Source: Actinomycetota bacterium
GTDB taxonomy: Bacteria; Actinomycetota; UBA4738; HRBIN12
Direction: 5' to 3'
Length of the DNA stretch: 64,000 bases
Assembly (NCBI GenBank): GCA_036281075.1
Contig: DASUPO010000006.1
Location: 9,350-73,349 of the forward strand
Shown here: positions 17,796-26,495 of the stretch, piece after piece
Numbering within the stretch: position 1 is the first letter of the stretch
How the letters are laid out: each line of letters starts with the position of its first letter
Position numbers and translations under genes: made by a program
Notes under the pieces: generated by a model
The model's input: only the letters and a program-made list of their open reading frames with translations
What the model was told of the DNA's origin: nothing
Databases searched by the model: none

Positions 17796-19016
17796 ATGAG
17801 CGGTTACGCGCGCGGCCCCTACGGGGTGGACTGGGAGGACCGGATCGACTTCTCCCGCCTCCGGACCCAGCGGGTCGACGCCGTTCGGGCCGCGCTCCGG
17901 AGCTCGGAGATCGACGCCCTCCTCCTGTGGAAGGACGAGAACGTCCGCTATCTCACCTCGCTGCGGGCCCAGCTGATCGCGGGAAAGATGACGTCGCTGA
18001 ACGGCGTCCTCCTCACGAAGGACGCCGGACCGGTGCTCCTGTGCTCGGGCGGCGAGATCGACAAGGCGTCGATGGGCATGTCGTGGCTGACGGCCGCGCA
18101 CCCGATCCCGATCATGGAGCAGCGGGAGCTGGTGGACGGGTTCGTGAAAACGACCCTGGCGCCGCTCCTGGACGAGCTTGGCGTCGCCGGCGGCCGTCTC
18201 GGTGTCGACCAGGTGAACTACTCGCTCGTCGAGTCGATGGGATCCCACCTCCCCGACGTCCAGCCGGCCGACGGCGACCAGCTGATGCAGCAGGTTCGAC
18301 TGATCAAGAGCGAGGACGAGATCGCGATCATCGAGGAGGCGTGCGCGATCGGCGACTCGGTGACGCAGCGCGCGATCGACGCGACCCGGTCCGGACGCCG
18401 CGAGAACGAGGTGGCCGGGGATGCGATGCAGACCCTCTTCTACCTGGGCGGCGAGATGGCGCACGTGATCACGCCGTTCGTCGCTTCCGGCGAGCACATG
18501 TCGCCGCCGCATCGGATCTGCACCGACAAGATCATCCGCAACGGCGACCTCTGCTTCATCGACATCGGCGCGATGTGGAACGGTTACTTCGCCGACATCG
18601 GCCGGACGATGATGGTCGGCAGACCCACGGAGATGCAGAGGCGCGTCTACACGGCCGTGTACGAGGGCCTGATGGCGGGCGTCGACGAGATGCGGCCGGG
18701 CCGCACGAATCAGGACGTCGCGGACGCGATCATCGCGGAGGTGCGGGAGCAGGGCTTCGGCGACCACCTGTTCAGCCTGTTCATCGGCCACGGGATCGGG
18801 ATGGGCGCCAACGAGCCCCCGTACATCGGCGAGACGATGCCGGGATCGACCGTCTTCGACCTCAAGCCGGGGATGGTGTTCGCGGTGGAACCGCTGGTAT
18901 GGGTGCCGGACGTGCCGGGCGGCGGCGGGGTCCGGATCGAGGACATGGTCCTCGTCACCGACGGCGACCCCAGGATCCTGTCCCGCGTCGAGTACGACGA
19001 CCGCCTCCTCGCCTAG
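17796..19016 (+). CDS. M24-fold metallohydrolase (creatinase/Xaa-Pro dipeptidase-like), paralogue of 677..1915
   Basis: LLLWKDENVRYLTS...CFIDIGAMWNGYFADIGRT...HGIGMG...PGMVFAVEP...IEDMVLVT. ATG 17796 follows GAGGAGGG. Confidence 0.85.
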   Translation: MSGYARGPYGVDWEDRIDFSRLRTQRVDAVRAALRSSEIDALLLWKDENVRYLTSLRAQLIAGKMTSLNGVLLTKDAGPVLLCSGGEIDKASMGMSWLTAAHPIPIMEQRELVDGFVKTTLAPLLDELGVAGGRLGVDQVNYSLVESMGSHLPDVQPADGDQLMQQVRLIKSEDEIAIIEEACAIGDSVTQRAIDATRSGRRENEVAGDAMQTLFYLGGEMAHVITPFVASGEHMSPPHRICTDKIIRNGDLCFIDIGAMWNGYFADIGRTMMVGRPTEMQRRVYTAVYEGLMAGVDEMRPGRTNQDVADAIIAEVREQGFGDHLFSLFIGHGIGMGANEPPYIGETMPGSTVFDLKPGMVFAVEPLVWVPDVPGGGGVRIEDMVLVTDGDPRILSRVEYDDRLLA

Positions 19017-19023
19017 CCGATCG

Positions 19024-20016
19024 ATGGCCCGCGGGAGCGACCCCTCGACGGGCGGCGTGACGCCATCGGTCGGCGGGCGGCACTGGACCCGGTCGCGCGA
19101 TCAAGCGCCGATCCTCGGGTCGCCGGCCGTGTACGTGCTGGCGGCGGGCACGATCGCCGTGCTCGGCCTGAACTGGCCGATCATGTCGATCGGTGTGGAC
19201 CATGTACCGCCGCTGTGGCTCGCGACCTTCCGGATCGGCGGCGCGGCGATCGTGGTGGGCGCCGTCGCGGTCGCCCGCGGCATCGCGGCGCCGCCCCGTG
19301 CGGACCGCCCGATCCTGTGGAGCGTCGGCCTCGTCCGGCTCGCGCTCGTCACGGCGCTGGTCTTCAGCGCCCTGGCGATCGTGCCGCCCGGCCGCTCGTC
19401 GATCCTCGTGTACACGGCGAGCCTGTGGACCGTCCCGATCGCCGTCGTGTTCCTCCACGAGCGACTCACCACGCTGCGGACGATGGGGCTGCTCCTCGGC
19501 TCGGTCGGCGTCGTCCTGCTCCTTGAGCCCTGGTCGCTCGACTGGAGCGACCGCGATCTCCGCGCCGGGATCGGGATGCTCCTCGTCGCGGCGGTCGCGA
19601 ACGCCGCCACCACCGTGCATATCCGCGCGCACCGCTGGGCGGGCACGCCGCTCGGACTGATGCCGTGGCAGATGGCGGTGGCGGTGGCCCCGATCGCGGT
19701 CCTCGCCGTCCTCGTCGAGGGCACGCCCACTATCGCCTGGGATGCCGCGACGGTCGCCGTCGTCGTCTACCAGATCTTCCTGGGATCCGCGTTCGGCTTC
19801 TGGGGGCTGCTCACGGTCAGCCGGAGCCTCCCGGCGATCACCACGAACCTGCTGTTGATGGCGGTGCCGGTCGTGGGGCTCGCGTCGTCGATCGCGATCA
19901 CGGACGAGTCGCTCACGGTGGCCGTCGCGCTGAGCCTCGTGCTGATCTTCGCCGGCGTCGGACTTGGGGTCGCCTCCGATCGCCGGCAGGCGGAGGCGCT
20001 CGCGCCCGGCGCCTAG
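19024..20016 (+). CDS. EamA/DMT-superfamily transporter
   Basis: About 10 predicted TM helices in two repeated halves (an EamA-like duplication). Confidence 0.75.
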   Translation: MARGSDPSTGGVTPSVGGRHWTRSRDQAPILGSPAVYVLAAGTIAVLGLNWPIMSIGVDHVPPLWLATFRIGGAAIVVGAVAVARGIAAPPRADRPILWSVGLVRLALVTALVFSALAIVPPGRSSILVYTASLWTVPIAVVFLHERLTTLRTMGLLLGSVGVVLLLEPWSLDWSDRDLRAGIGMLLVAAVANAATTVHIRAHRWAGTPLGLMPWQMAVAVAPIAVLAVLVEGTPTIAWDAATVAVVVYQIFLGSAFGFWGLLTVSRSLPAITTNLLLMAVPVVGLASSIAITDESLTVAVALSLVLIFAGVGLGVASDRRQAEALAPGA

Positions 20017-20513
20017 CTAGGCCCCGCGCCCGACGCGCGGAGCGCCAGTAGCGCGTCCACGGCGTGGTCGATCACCGGGGTCTCGAGCGCGTCGTCGGTC
20101 ACCCAGCGGTAGCGGATCGTCCCCGAGCCGTCGATCACGAAGAGGGACCGCTTCGCGAGGCCGTCGTGCTCCTTCCAGACGTCGTAGCGGACGCCGTACG
20201 CGGCGCAGGTCTCGCGGCCCCAGTCGGAGAGCAGTGGGAACGGAACGCCCAGGTGCTTCGCGAACGCCATCTGGGAGAACGTCGCGGTGACCGCGATCGC
20301 CGCGATCCGACCTCCGACCTCCTCGATCCGAGGCGCCACCTGCCCCAACTGGGACAGCTCCGTGCTTCAGACCGAGCCGAAGTCGAAGACGTAGAACGCC
20401 AGGAGCAGCGGCCGCCCGCCCTCGAGAAGGTCGTCGAGCGACACCTTCTCCTCGAACGTCTTCCGCAGGGAGAACGGCGGCGCCGGGTCGCCGACACCGG
20501 GGCGATCAGTCAT
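20013..20513 (-). CDS. Peroxiredoxin (AhpC/TSA, BCP/PrxQ-like) with an in-frame TGA at the peroxidatic Cys position. Candidate selenocysteine enzyme, or alternatively a nonsense pseudogene.
   Basis: Track ORFs 20367..20552 and 20013..20348 are in the same frame. Joined, they read GDPAPPFSL...LLLAFYVFDFGSV-TGA-STELSQLGQ...FPLLSD...SLFVIDGSGTI. ATG 20513 overlaps the cyclase stop by 8 nt. Confidence 0.65.
20340..20369 (-). other. UGA plus candidate bacterial SECIS hairpin
   Basis: The mRNA reads UGA AGCACGGAG CUGUCCC AGUU GGGGCAG. This gives a 7-bp stem (one G.U) and a 4-nt loop containing GU 21-22 nt from the U of UGA. Confidence 0.45.
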
Positions 20514-21198
20514 CGAGCAGCGCCGCCGCTCTCGTGGGCCCCCCGTGCGCACCCTGCAGCTTCAGCGGCAGTCCGATGAACGTGAACCGCCGCCCCGCGA
20601 CCTGGTCCAGGTTCGTCAGGTTCTCGTAGTGGGTGACGTGGTGCGCCCGGCCCATCATGTGGATCGGGTAGATCCTGCTGGACGGATTGTCGGGCGTGCA
20701 CGTGTCGACGCCGAACGACTTGACGCCCCGCGCCACGATCCAATCGGCGACGTCGCCTCCGAGCCCGGGGAACTCCGTCAGGTACTCAGGGGTTCCGCCG
20801 AACTTCGTCGCGGTGCCCGTGTAGAACAGGACGATGTCGCCGGCTCGCACGTCCTGGCGCGCGTCGGCGAGGCCCTGCTCGACCCGCGAGACGGAGATGT
20901 CGGTGCGCGGCTCGGCGCCGGTGACGTCGACGCACACTGCGTCGCCGTAGAACAACTCGAGCGGCATCTGGTCGATCGTCTCCGCCGATGGGTCGGGGTC
21001 GAGATGGCTGAACGAGTCGACGTGCGTAGGGCCGTTGTCGTTCAGCAGGAATCCCTTCGTCTGGAAGGAGAAGCCGCTCTCGAAGCGCGGCGCCGTCTCC
21101 TCGTGCGTCGCATGGTCGAACAGCACGGTCTTTAGGTGGCCGGGGTAGACCATCATCCCCGTGTAGATGTCCTGCGAGAGGTCGACGATCCTGGGCAT
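20506..21198 (-). CDS. Cyclase-family protein (kynurenine formamidase-like metal hydrolase)
   Basis: MPRIVDLSQDIY...NDNGPTHVDSFSHL...VLFYTG...GVDT pattern. ATG 21198 follows AAAGGAG. Confidence 0.8.
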   Translation of the reverse strand: MPRIVDLSQDIYTGMMVYPGHLKTVLFDHATHEETAPRFESGFSFQTKGFLLNDNGPTHVDSFSHLDPDPSAETIDQMPLELFYGDAVCVDVTGAEPRTDISVSRVEQGLADARQDVRAGDIVLFYTGTATKFGGTPEYLTEFPGLGGDVADWIVARGVKSFGVDTCTPDNPSSRIYPIHMMGRAHHVTHYENLTNLDQVAGRRFTFIGLPLKLQGAHGGPTRAAALLDD

Positions 21199-21209
21199 CC
21201 GCGCTCCTT

Positions 21210-21989
21210 TCAATACATCACCATGCCGCCGCTCACGTTCAGATCCGCGCCCGTGACCGCGGCGAGGTCGTCGAACGCGAGTGAGACGACCGCGGCAGCG
21301 ACCTCGCGCGGCTCGATCAACCTGCCGAGCGGGATCTGCGACACCATCTCTGCGCGCGCCTCGTCCGCGGAGATCCCTCGGCCGAGCGCCTGCATCTCGA
21401 ACACGTGGTCCATCCGGTCGCCCGCCACGGGGCCCGGCGATACGAGGTTCACGCGCACGCCGGAGCCCGCCGTCTCCACCGCGAGCGAGCGGACGAGCCC
21501 GACGAGCGCGAGCTTGCTCGCCGCGTACGGGGTCCGTCCCCACAGCGGACGCTTCCCGGTCATCGAACCGATCACCACGATCGAGCCTCTGCCTCGCTCC
21601 ACCATCGACGGGAGGAACGCGCGGGCGCTCAGGAACACGCCGGTCACGTTCACGGCGAACGTCTGGTCCCACGACACGCGGTCGAGCTCCCACATCGGTC
21701 CCGTCGGGCCGGCGACGCCGCTGTTCGCGACGAGGGCGTCCACGGCTCCGAAGCGCTCGAGCGCGGCACTGGCCAGGTGCGAGAGCTCGTCCTCCGATGT
21801 CACGTCGGCGCGCACGCCGAGCGTTTCGGCCCCGGTGGCGGTGACCTCTTCGGCGACGGCCTCGAGCGCGGCCCGATCCCGCCCGGCGAGCACCACGTCG
21901 CCGCCGGCGCCGGCGAGGGCCAGCGCGATCTCGCGCCCCAGGCCTCGCCCGGCGCCCGTGACGACGGCCACCGGCCGACGCTCGTTCAC
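21210..21989 (-). CDS. Short-chain dehydrogenase/reductase (SDR)
   Basis: VVTGAGRGLGREIA (TGxxxGxG), NSG, YAASKLAL (YxxxK). GTG 21989 overlaps the upstream stop (GTGA). Confidence 0.85.
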   Translation of the reverse strand: MNERRPVAVVTGAGRGLGREIALALAGAGGDVVLAGRDRAALEAVAEEVTATGAETLGVRADVTSEDELSHLASAALERFGAVDALVANSGVAGPTGPMWELDRVSWDQTFAVNVTGVFLSARAFLPSMVERGRGSIVVIGSMTGKRPLWGRTPYAASKLALVGLVRSLAVETAGSGVRVNLVSPGPVAGDRMDHVFEMQALGRGISADEARAEMVSQIPLGRLIEPREVAAAVVSLAFDDLAAVTGADLNVSGGMVMY

Positions 21990-23311
21990 GAGCGCTCCTC
22001 GGCCTGCGCCGCCGGTGACACGACCGGCCGCGCGTCGGGGAACCGGTCCGGGTCCAGGCGCAGCCTGGCCGTCAGCGCGTGGCCGAACATCAGCTCGGCG
22101 TCGGCGATCGCCGCCGTCGACTCGGCGACGCGGGCCGATCCCTCCGCCGTGACGCGCTGATACGTCACGGCCTTCAGGAACTTCCCGACCCACAGCCCGC
22201 CGGTGTAGCGGGCCGCCCGCCGGGTGGGCAGAACGTGGTTCGTGCCGATCGCCTTGTCCGAGAACGCCACGGTCGCGTGGGTCCCGAGGAAGAGGGTGCC
22301 GTACGAGTTCATGCGCTTCAGGTACCAGTCGGGGTCCTCGGTCTGGATCTCGAGGTGCTCGGGCGCCATGTCGTCGGCAACACTCGCCGCCTCCTCATCG
22401 TCCTCGCAGACGACGATCGCGCCGTGATCCCGCCACGCGGCGCCTGCCACTTCCTTCGTCGGCCACTCGCCCTCGAGCCATGCGTCCACGGCGTCGGCGA
22501 CCTCGCGGGCCAGACGTTCCGAGGTGGTGACGAGCGTCGCCGGGGACGTCGGACCGTGTTCGGCTTGCCCGAGCAGATCCGCCGCGACGATCCTGGGGTC
22601 CGCCGAGTCGTCGGCGAGGACCATCACCTCCGTCGGCCCGGCGAGCAGGTCGATCCCGACCGTGCCGAAGAGCTGTCGCTTCGCCTCCGCGACGTAGGCG
22701 TTGCCCGCGCCGACGAGCATGTCCACCGGCTCGATGTCCTCGATCCCGAACGCCATCGCGGCGAACGCCTGGACGCCGCCGAGGCAGAGGATCTCGTCGG
22801 CGCCGGACGTCGCGATCGCGTGGAGCTGCGGCGGATGCATCCCTTCCGGCCCGCGCGGTGGAGCGCAGCCGACGACGCGGGGCACCTCGGCGACCTTCGG
22901 CACCGAGACCGTCATGATCGCGGAGGCGATCAGCGGATAGAGCCCGCCGGGCGAGTACGCGCCGGCGGATCCCACGGGGATGAACCGTTGTCCGAGCGTG
23001 ACCCCGGGGAGCGTCGGCCACTCCTCGTCCACCAGCGTCGAGCGCTGGAGCTCGGCGAACCCGCGGACCTGCTCCTGCGCGAACGCGATGTGCTCCTGGA
23101 GGTCGTCGGAGATGTTCGCGGTCGCGCGGCGGACCTCGTCCTCGTGCACCCGGAACGAGGACGGGCTCCAGCCGTCGAAGCGCTCGGAGTAGCGCCGAAC
23201 CGCGGGCTCCCCCTCTCGCTCGACCGCGGACAGGATCTCTGACACCGTCGCCCGGATCTCCGCCCAGGCTTCCTCGGTGAGCCCGGTCCGTTCCTTCAGG
23301 TGATAGGCCAC
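21986..23311 (-). CDS. Histidinol-dehydrogenase-family (HisD-like) NAD-dependent dehydrogenase in a non-histidine context (HpsN-like function possible)
   Basis: GGVQAFAAMAFG, AGPTEVMVLAD, QAEHGP and a YTGGLWVGKFLK-type C-terminus. GTG 23311 follows AGGAGG. The longer track ORF covers the AT-rich island. Confidence 0.8.
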   Translation of the reverse strand: MAYHLKERTGLTEEAWAEIRATVSEILSAVEREGEPAVRRYSERFDGWSPSSFRVHEDEVRRATANISDDLQEHIAFAQEQVRGFAELQRSTLVDEEWPTLPGVTLGQRFIPVGSAGAYSPGGLYPLIASAIMTVSVPKVAEVPRVVGCAPPRGPEGMHPPQLHAIATSGADEILCLGGVQAFAAMAFGIEDIEPVDMLVGAGNAYVAEAKRQLFGTVGIDLLAGPTEVMVLADDSADPRIVAADLLGQAEHGPTSPATLVTTSERLAREVADAVDAWLEGEWPTKEVAGAAWRDHGAIVVCEDDEEAASVADDMAPEHLEIQTEDPDWYLKRMNSYGTLFLGTHATVAFSDKAIGTNHVLPTRRAARYTGGLWVGKFLKAVTYQRVTAEGSARVAESTAAIADAELMFGHALTARLRLDPDRFPDARPVVSPAAQAEERS

Positions 23312-23345
23312 GACGCGTCTTGCCTCCTGGCGGTGCTGGATGACC

Positions 23346-23368
23346 TGTATATTATATGTAAGTCTGTG
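23346..23368. promoter_or_regulatory. AT-rich island in the divergent HisD-like / ADH-GntR intergenic region
   Basis: TGTATATTATATGTAAGTCTGTG contains TATAAT on the minus strand (23351-56) and TATATT/TATTAT on the plus strand. Confidence 0.4.
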
Positions 23369-23406
23369 GTGGGACACCCTCTCGAGTGCTGAGACGGAGG
23401 AACGGC

Positions 23407-24492
23407 ATGCGGGCGATGGCAGTCACGGCGTACGACGAGCCGTTGGAGCCGATCGAGGTCCCCGAACCGACCCTCCGACCAGGCACCGTTCTCCTGGAGG
23501 TCCTGACGTGTGGCGTCTGCTTCAGCGACGTGAAAACCTCCCGCGGGCTGATGCCGTTCAGCCAGGAACTCGCCCTCCCCCACGTCCCCGGCCACGAGAT
23601 CTTCGGGAGGGTGCTCGGATCGGACCCGCCGGGCAGTGTCGAGGAGGGGATGCGCGCCGTCGTCTACCACTACTGGCCCTGCGGGACGTGTCCGGCCTGC
23701 CGCCGGGGGGACGAGACCCTGTGCCGCCGGATGGTCGGATGGGCGGGCTTCACGCATCACGGCGGCTTCACGGAGCGGATCGTGGTGCCCGCGGACCGGC
23801 TCGTCGCGATCCCGGAAGGGATCGACCCGATCCACGCCGCGCCGATGTCCTGCGCCCTCGGGACCGCCTACCGGTCCGTGGTCACCCAGGGCGGCGTACG
23901 GGCCGGGACGTCCGCTGCGATCCTGGGCCTGGGCGGCGTGGGGATCCACGCCGCACAGGTCGCCCGCGCGGCCGGTGCGCGGGCCGTCGGGTTCGACGTC
24001 CACGACGGACCGATCGCCGCCGCGTGCGACCTCGGGCTCGACGCCCGCCGCGCCGACGACGAAGTCGCGGTCGCCGACCTCCAGGAGGCGACGGACGGCG
24101 AGGGCGTCGACGTCGTGATCGACACGGTCGGCCACGACGACACGCTCGAGCTCGCCCGCGCGCTCGTCCGGCCGGGTGGCCGGGTCGTCGGCGTCGGGTA
24201 CACGCCGACGTCGTCGCTGACGGTCCCCACCCCTCGCTTCGTCCTCGACGAGGTGCACTACGTCGGCTCACGCTACGCGCACCGGGACGACCTCACGAAC
24301 GCCGTCTCGCTCGTCGCGCGCGGGCTCGTCTCGATGGTCGTGAGCATGGTCCGGCCGCTCGACGGGGTCAACGAGGTCTTCGGAGCGCTCGAGGACGGCG
24401 CGGTGGTCGGACGCGCCGTGCTGGAGGTCGCGAGCGTCGACGCCGGCGTCGCGCCCGGGACCCCGTCGTCGGATATCGTGAGCGCCGACTGA
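23407..24492 (+). CDS. Zn-dependent alcohol dehydrogenase (MDR family)
   Basis: GVCFSD, PGHE, structural-Zn cluster CGTCPACRRGDETLC, GLGGVG Rossmann motif. ATG 23407 follows GGAGGA. Confidence 0.85.
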   Translation: MRAMAVTAYDEPLEPIEVPEPTLRPGTVLLEVLTCGVCFSDVKTSRGLMPFSQELALPHVPGHEIFGRVLGSDPPGSVEEGMRAVVYHYWPCGTCPACRRGDETLCRRMVGWAGFTHHGGFTERIVVPADRLVAIPEGIDPIHAAPMSCALGTAYRSVVTQGGVRAGTSAAILGLGGVGIHAAQVARAAGARAVGFDVHDGPIAAACDLGLDARRADDEVAVADLQEATDGEGVDVVIDTVGHDDTLELARALVRPGGRVVGVGYTPTSSLTVPTPRFVLDEVHYVGSRYAHRDDLTNAVSLVARGLVSMVVSMVRPLDGVNEVFGALEDGAVVGRAVLEVASVDAGVAPGTPSSDIVSAD

Positions 24493-24493
24493 C

Positions 24494-25168
24494 ATGTCGT
24501 ACCGACAGGACGCGCTCGGGCGCGACACGACCGCGAAGGTCGTGGCCGAGCGGCTCCGCGAGGAGATACAGCACGGCACCCTGACGGCGGGGACGCGGCT
24601 CCGCCAGAACGACGTCGCCGAGCGGTTCGGCGTGAGCACGACGCCCGTCCGCGAGGCGTTCGCGCAGCTCCAGGCCGAGGGCCTCGTGCGGATCGACCCG
24701 CACCGCGGCGCGGTGGTCTTCCATCCGACCGTCGACGACGTCCTGGAGTTCTACGAGATCCGCGAGGCCCTCGAATCGCTCGCGGTGACGCACGCGATCC
24801 CGAACCTGCGCGCGGACGTCGCCCGGGAGCTCGAAGGGCTGATCGACCGGATGCGCAGGACCGAGGACGCGCGTAAGTGGCTGAAGCTGAACGACCAGTT
24901 CCACTTGAGGCTCTACGAGGCAGCCGGTCGTCCCCGGCTCTCGAACCTGATCGACACGCTCCGGGATGCGTCGGCTCCGTACATCCTCATGTTCGTCGCG
25001 TCGCGACCCCTGTCTCAGCGCGCGCACGAGGAGCACCAGGAGATCCTCGACGCGTGCGTGCGCCGCGACGCCGCGGGCGCCAGGCGCGCGATCCGAGATC
25101 ACCTCCGCAGCGCCTCGCGGGACCTCGCCGCGTTCCTCGAGGCCCGAGAGGCCGAGTCGGCGTCCTGA
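24494..25168 (+). CDS. GntR-family transcriptional regulator (FCD subfamily)
   Basis: LRQNDVAERFGVSTTPVREAFAQLQAEGLV HTH plus an FCD-like domain. It starts 1 nt after the ADH stop. Confidence 0.85.
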   Translation: MSYRQDALGRDTTAKVVAERLREEIQHGTLTAGTRLRQNDVAERFGVSTTPVREAFAQLQAEGLVRIDPHRGAVVFHPTVDDVLEFYEIREALESLAVTHAIPNLRADVARELEGLIDRMRRTEDARKWLKLNDQFHLRLYEAAGRPRLSNLIDTLRDASAPYILMFVASRPLSQRAHEEHQEILDACVRRDAAGARRAIRDHLRSASRDLAAFLEAREAESAS

Positions 25169-25199
25169 GCCGCTCACCGGCGACGCTCCGCGCCGTGCC

Positions 25200-25229
25200 T
25201 TGACTCCGGACGAAGGCGGTCCGTAGACT
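25200..25229 (+). promoter_or_regulatory. Candidate promoter of cassette C: TTGACT-N18-TAGACT
   Basis: TTGACT 25200-25205 and TAGACT 25224-25229. The conserved 13-mer lies immediately downstream. Confidence 0.45.
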
Positions 25230-25232
25230 GGG

Positions 25233-25245
25233 CATTATATATAGT
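25233..25245 (+). promoter_or_regulatory. CATTATATATAGT element (near-palindromic operator and/or second -10) in front of cassette C
   Basis: Identical 13-mer also at 31960-31972. ATTATATATAGT matches its own reverse complement at 10 of 12 positions. Confidence 0.45.
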
Positions 25246-25349
25246 ACGCTGAAAGGTGGGGAGGACCGGCGACCCCGCACCCCGAGGGCTCCCCACCGCG
25301 GCCACGAGCCGTGCGGTCACTCGACGGGGTCAGGACGAGGGAGGGGCGG

Positions 25350-26408
25350 ATGCGGACGAGCAGCCTGGTACGGCTGATCGCGGCGACGTGCGCGCTGACG
25401 CTCGTTGCGGCGGCGTGCGGCGAGGACGGTGCGGCGGGCGGTGACGGGGAGCGGAGCATCGTCCGCTTCGCGTTCTCACCGGATCCGGTGATCGACTGGA
25501 TGAACGACCAGGGGATCATCCCGGAGTACGAGGAGCAGTACAACACCCGGCTGGTGACCACCTCGACGTGGGACGAGTTCACGTTCTTCGCCGGCGGGCA
25601 CGGCGACATCGTGTCGATGGCGACCTACGAGACGCCGCTCCTCGAGCAGGAGACGGGCGTCGATACGGTCACCTTCGGCTCCTACAACAACCTGCGAGTT
25701 CCGGTCTTCGTTCGATCCGACAGCCCGTACCAGACGTTCGAAGACCTGAAGGGCCAGAAGATCGCCACTCCCAGCGCAGTCTCCTCGACGATCGTGTGGG
25801 GGATGTTCGTCAAAGACTGGTACGGCCTGGACTTCTGCATCGAGCGGCCGGACGGGAGCGACTGCGCCGACTACGAGGTGATCGAAGGAGACCACTTCGC
25901 GAACATGGAGCTGCTGATCCGCGGTGACATCGAGGCGTGCGTCTGCATCCCGGAGGCCGGCTTCCCGTACTGGCGGAGCGGCGAGATCCGGGCGCTCTAC
26001 GAGCCGACACCCTCCCCGTGGGAGCTGTACGCGGACATGTACGAGCCCGGACACAAGGGCGTGAACGGGAACAACTTCGTGGCCCGGAAGGACTGGTTCG
26101 ACAGCCACCCGAACGAGGTTGCCTTCTTCCTCGCCCTGTGGGAGCGCGGGATCAAGGAGTGGTTCGAGCACAAGGAAGAGATCATCCGCACCTACCCCCA
26201 GCACTTCGCGGTGGAGGACGACGCGGACGTCGACTTCGCCGTCCAGTTCATGGAGGAACACGACTTCTTCACGGACACCGTGTACATGGATGAGGATTGG
26301 GTGGAGGCCGAGACGGGCATCTATGACCTGATGAAGGAGACGGGCTGGATGGATCCCGAGGCCGAGATCCCGGAGTTCCAGATCGTGGAGCCGAGCGAAC
26401 CGCAGTGA
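25350..26408 (+). CDS. ABC substrate-binding lipoprotein, NMT1/TauA-like (cassette C)
   Basis: MRTSSLVRLIAATCALTLVAAACGED lipobox. Shared blocks IVRFAFSPDP and FAGGHGDIVS. ATG follows GAGGGAGGGG. Confidence 0.85.
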   Translation: MRTSSLVRLIAATCALTLVAAACGEDGAAGGDGERSIVRFAFSPDPVIDWMNDQGIIPEYEEQYNTRLVTTSTWDEFTFFAGGHGDIVSMATYETPLLEQETGVDTVTFGSYNNLRVPVFVRSDSPYQTFEDLKGQKIATPSAVSSTIVWGMFVKDWYGLDFCIERPDGSDCADYEVIEGDHFANMELLIRGDIEACVCIPEAGFPYWRSGEIRALYEPTPSPWELYADMYEPGHKGVNGNNFVARKDWFDSHPNEVAFFLALWERGIKEWFEHKEEIIRTYPQHFAVEDDADVDFAVQFMEEHDFFTDTVYMDEDWVEAETGIYDLMKETGWMDPEAEIPEFQIVEPSEPQ

Positions 26409-26443
26409 GGCGGTAGCGGGATGAGCCCAGACGCGAGCTGAGC

Positions 26444-26475
26444 GATCGGGCCGGCCGCTGGCCGCCGACCCGATC
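26444..26475 (+). promoter_or_regulatory. Intercistronic stem-loop after the binding-protein gene (cassette C)
   Basis: gatcgggccggcc...gccgccgacccgatc is an imperfect stem of about 13 bp, between stop 26408 and GTG 26496. Confidence 0.4.
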
Positions 26476-26495
26476 GGAACAGGGGAGCGACGCAC

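Noticed and set aside
20367-20552. Treating the 61-aa ORF and the 111-aa ORF (20013..20348) as two independent small genes.
   Set aside because: Neither half is a complete thioredoxin-fold domain. They share a frame and together reconstitute one peroxiredoxin. The second lacks an RBS, and its TTG start is just an internal Leu codon.
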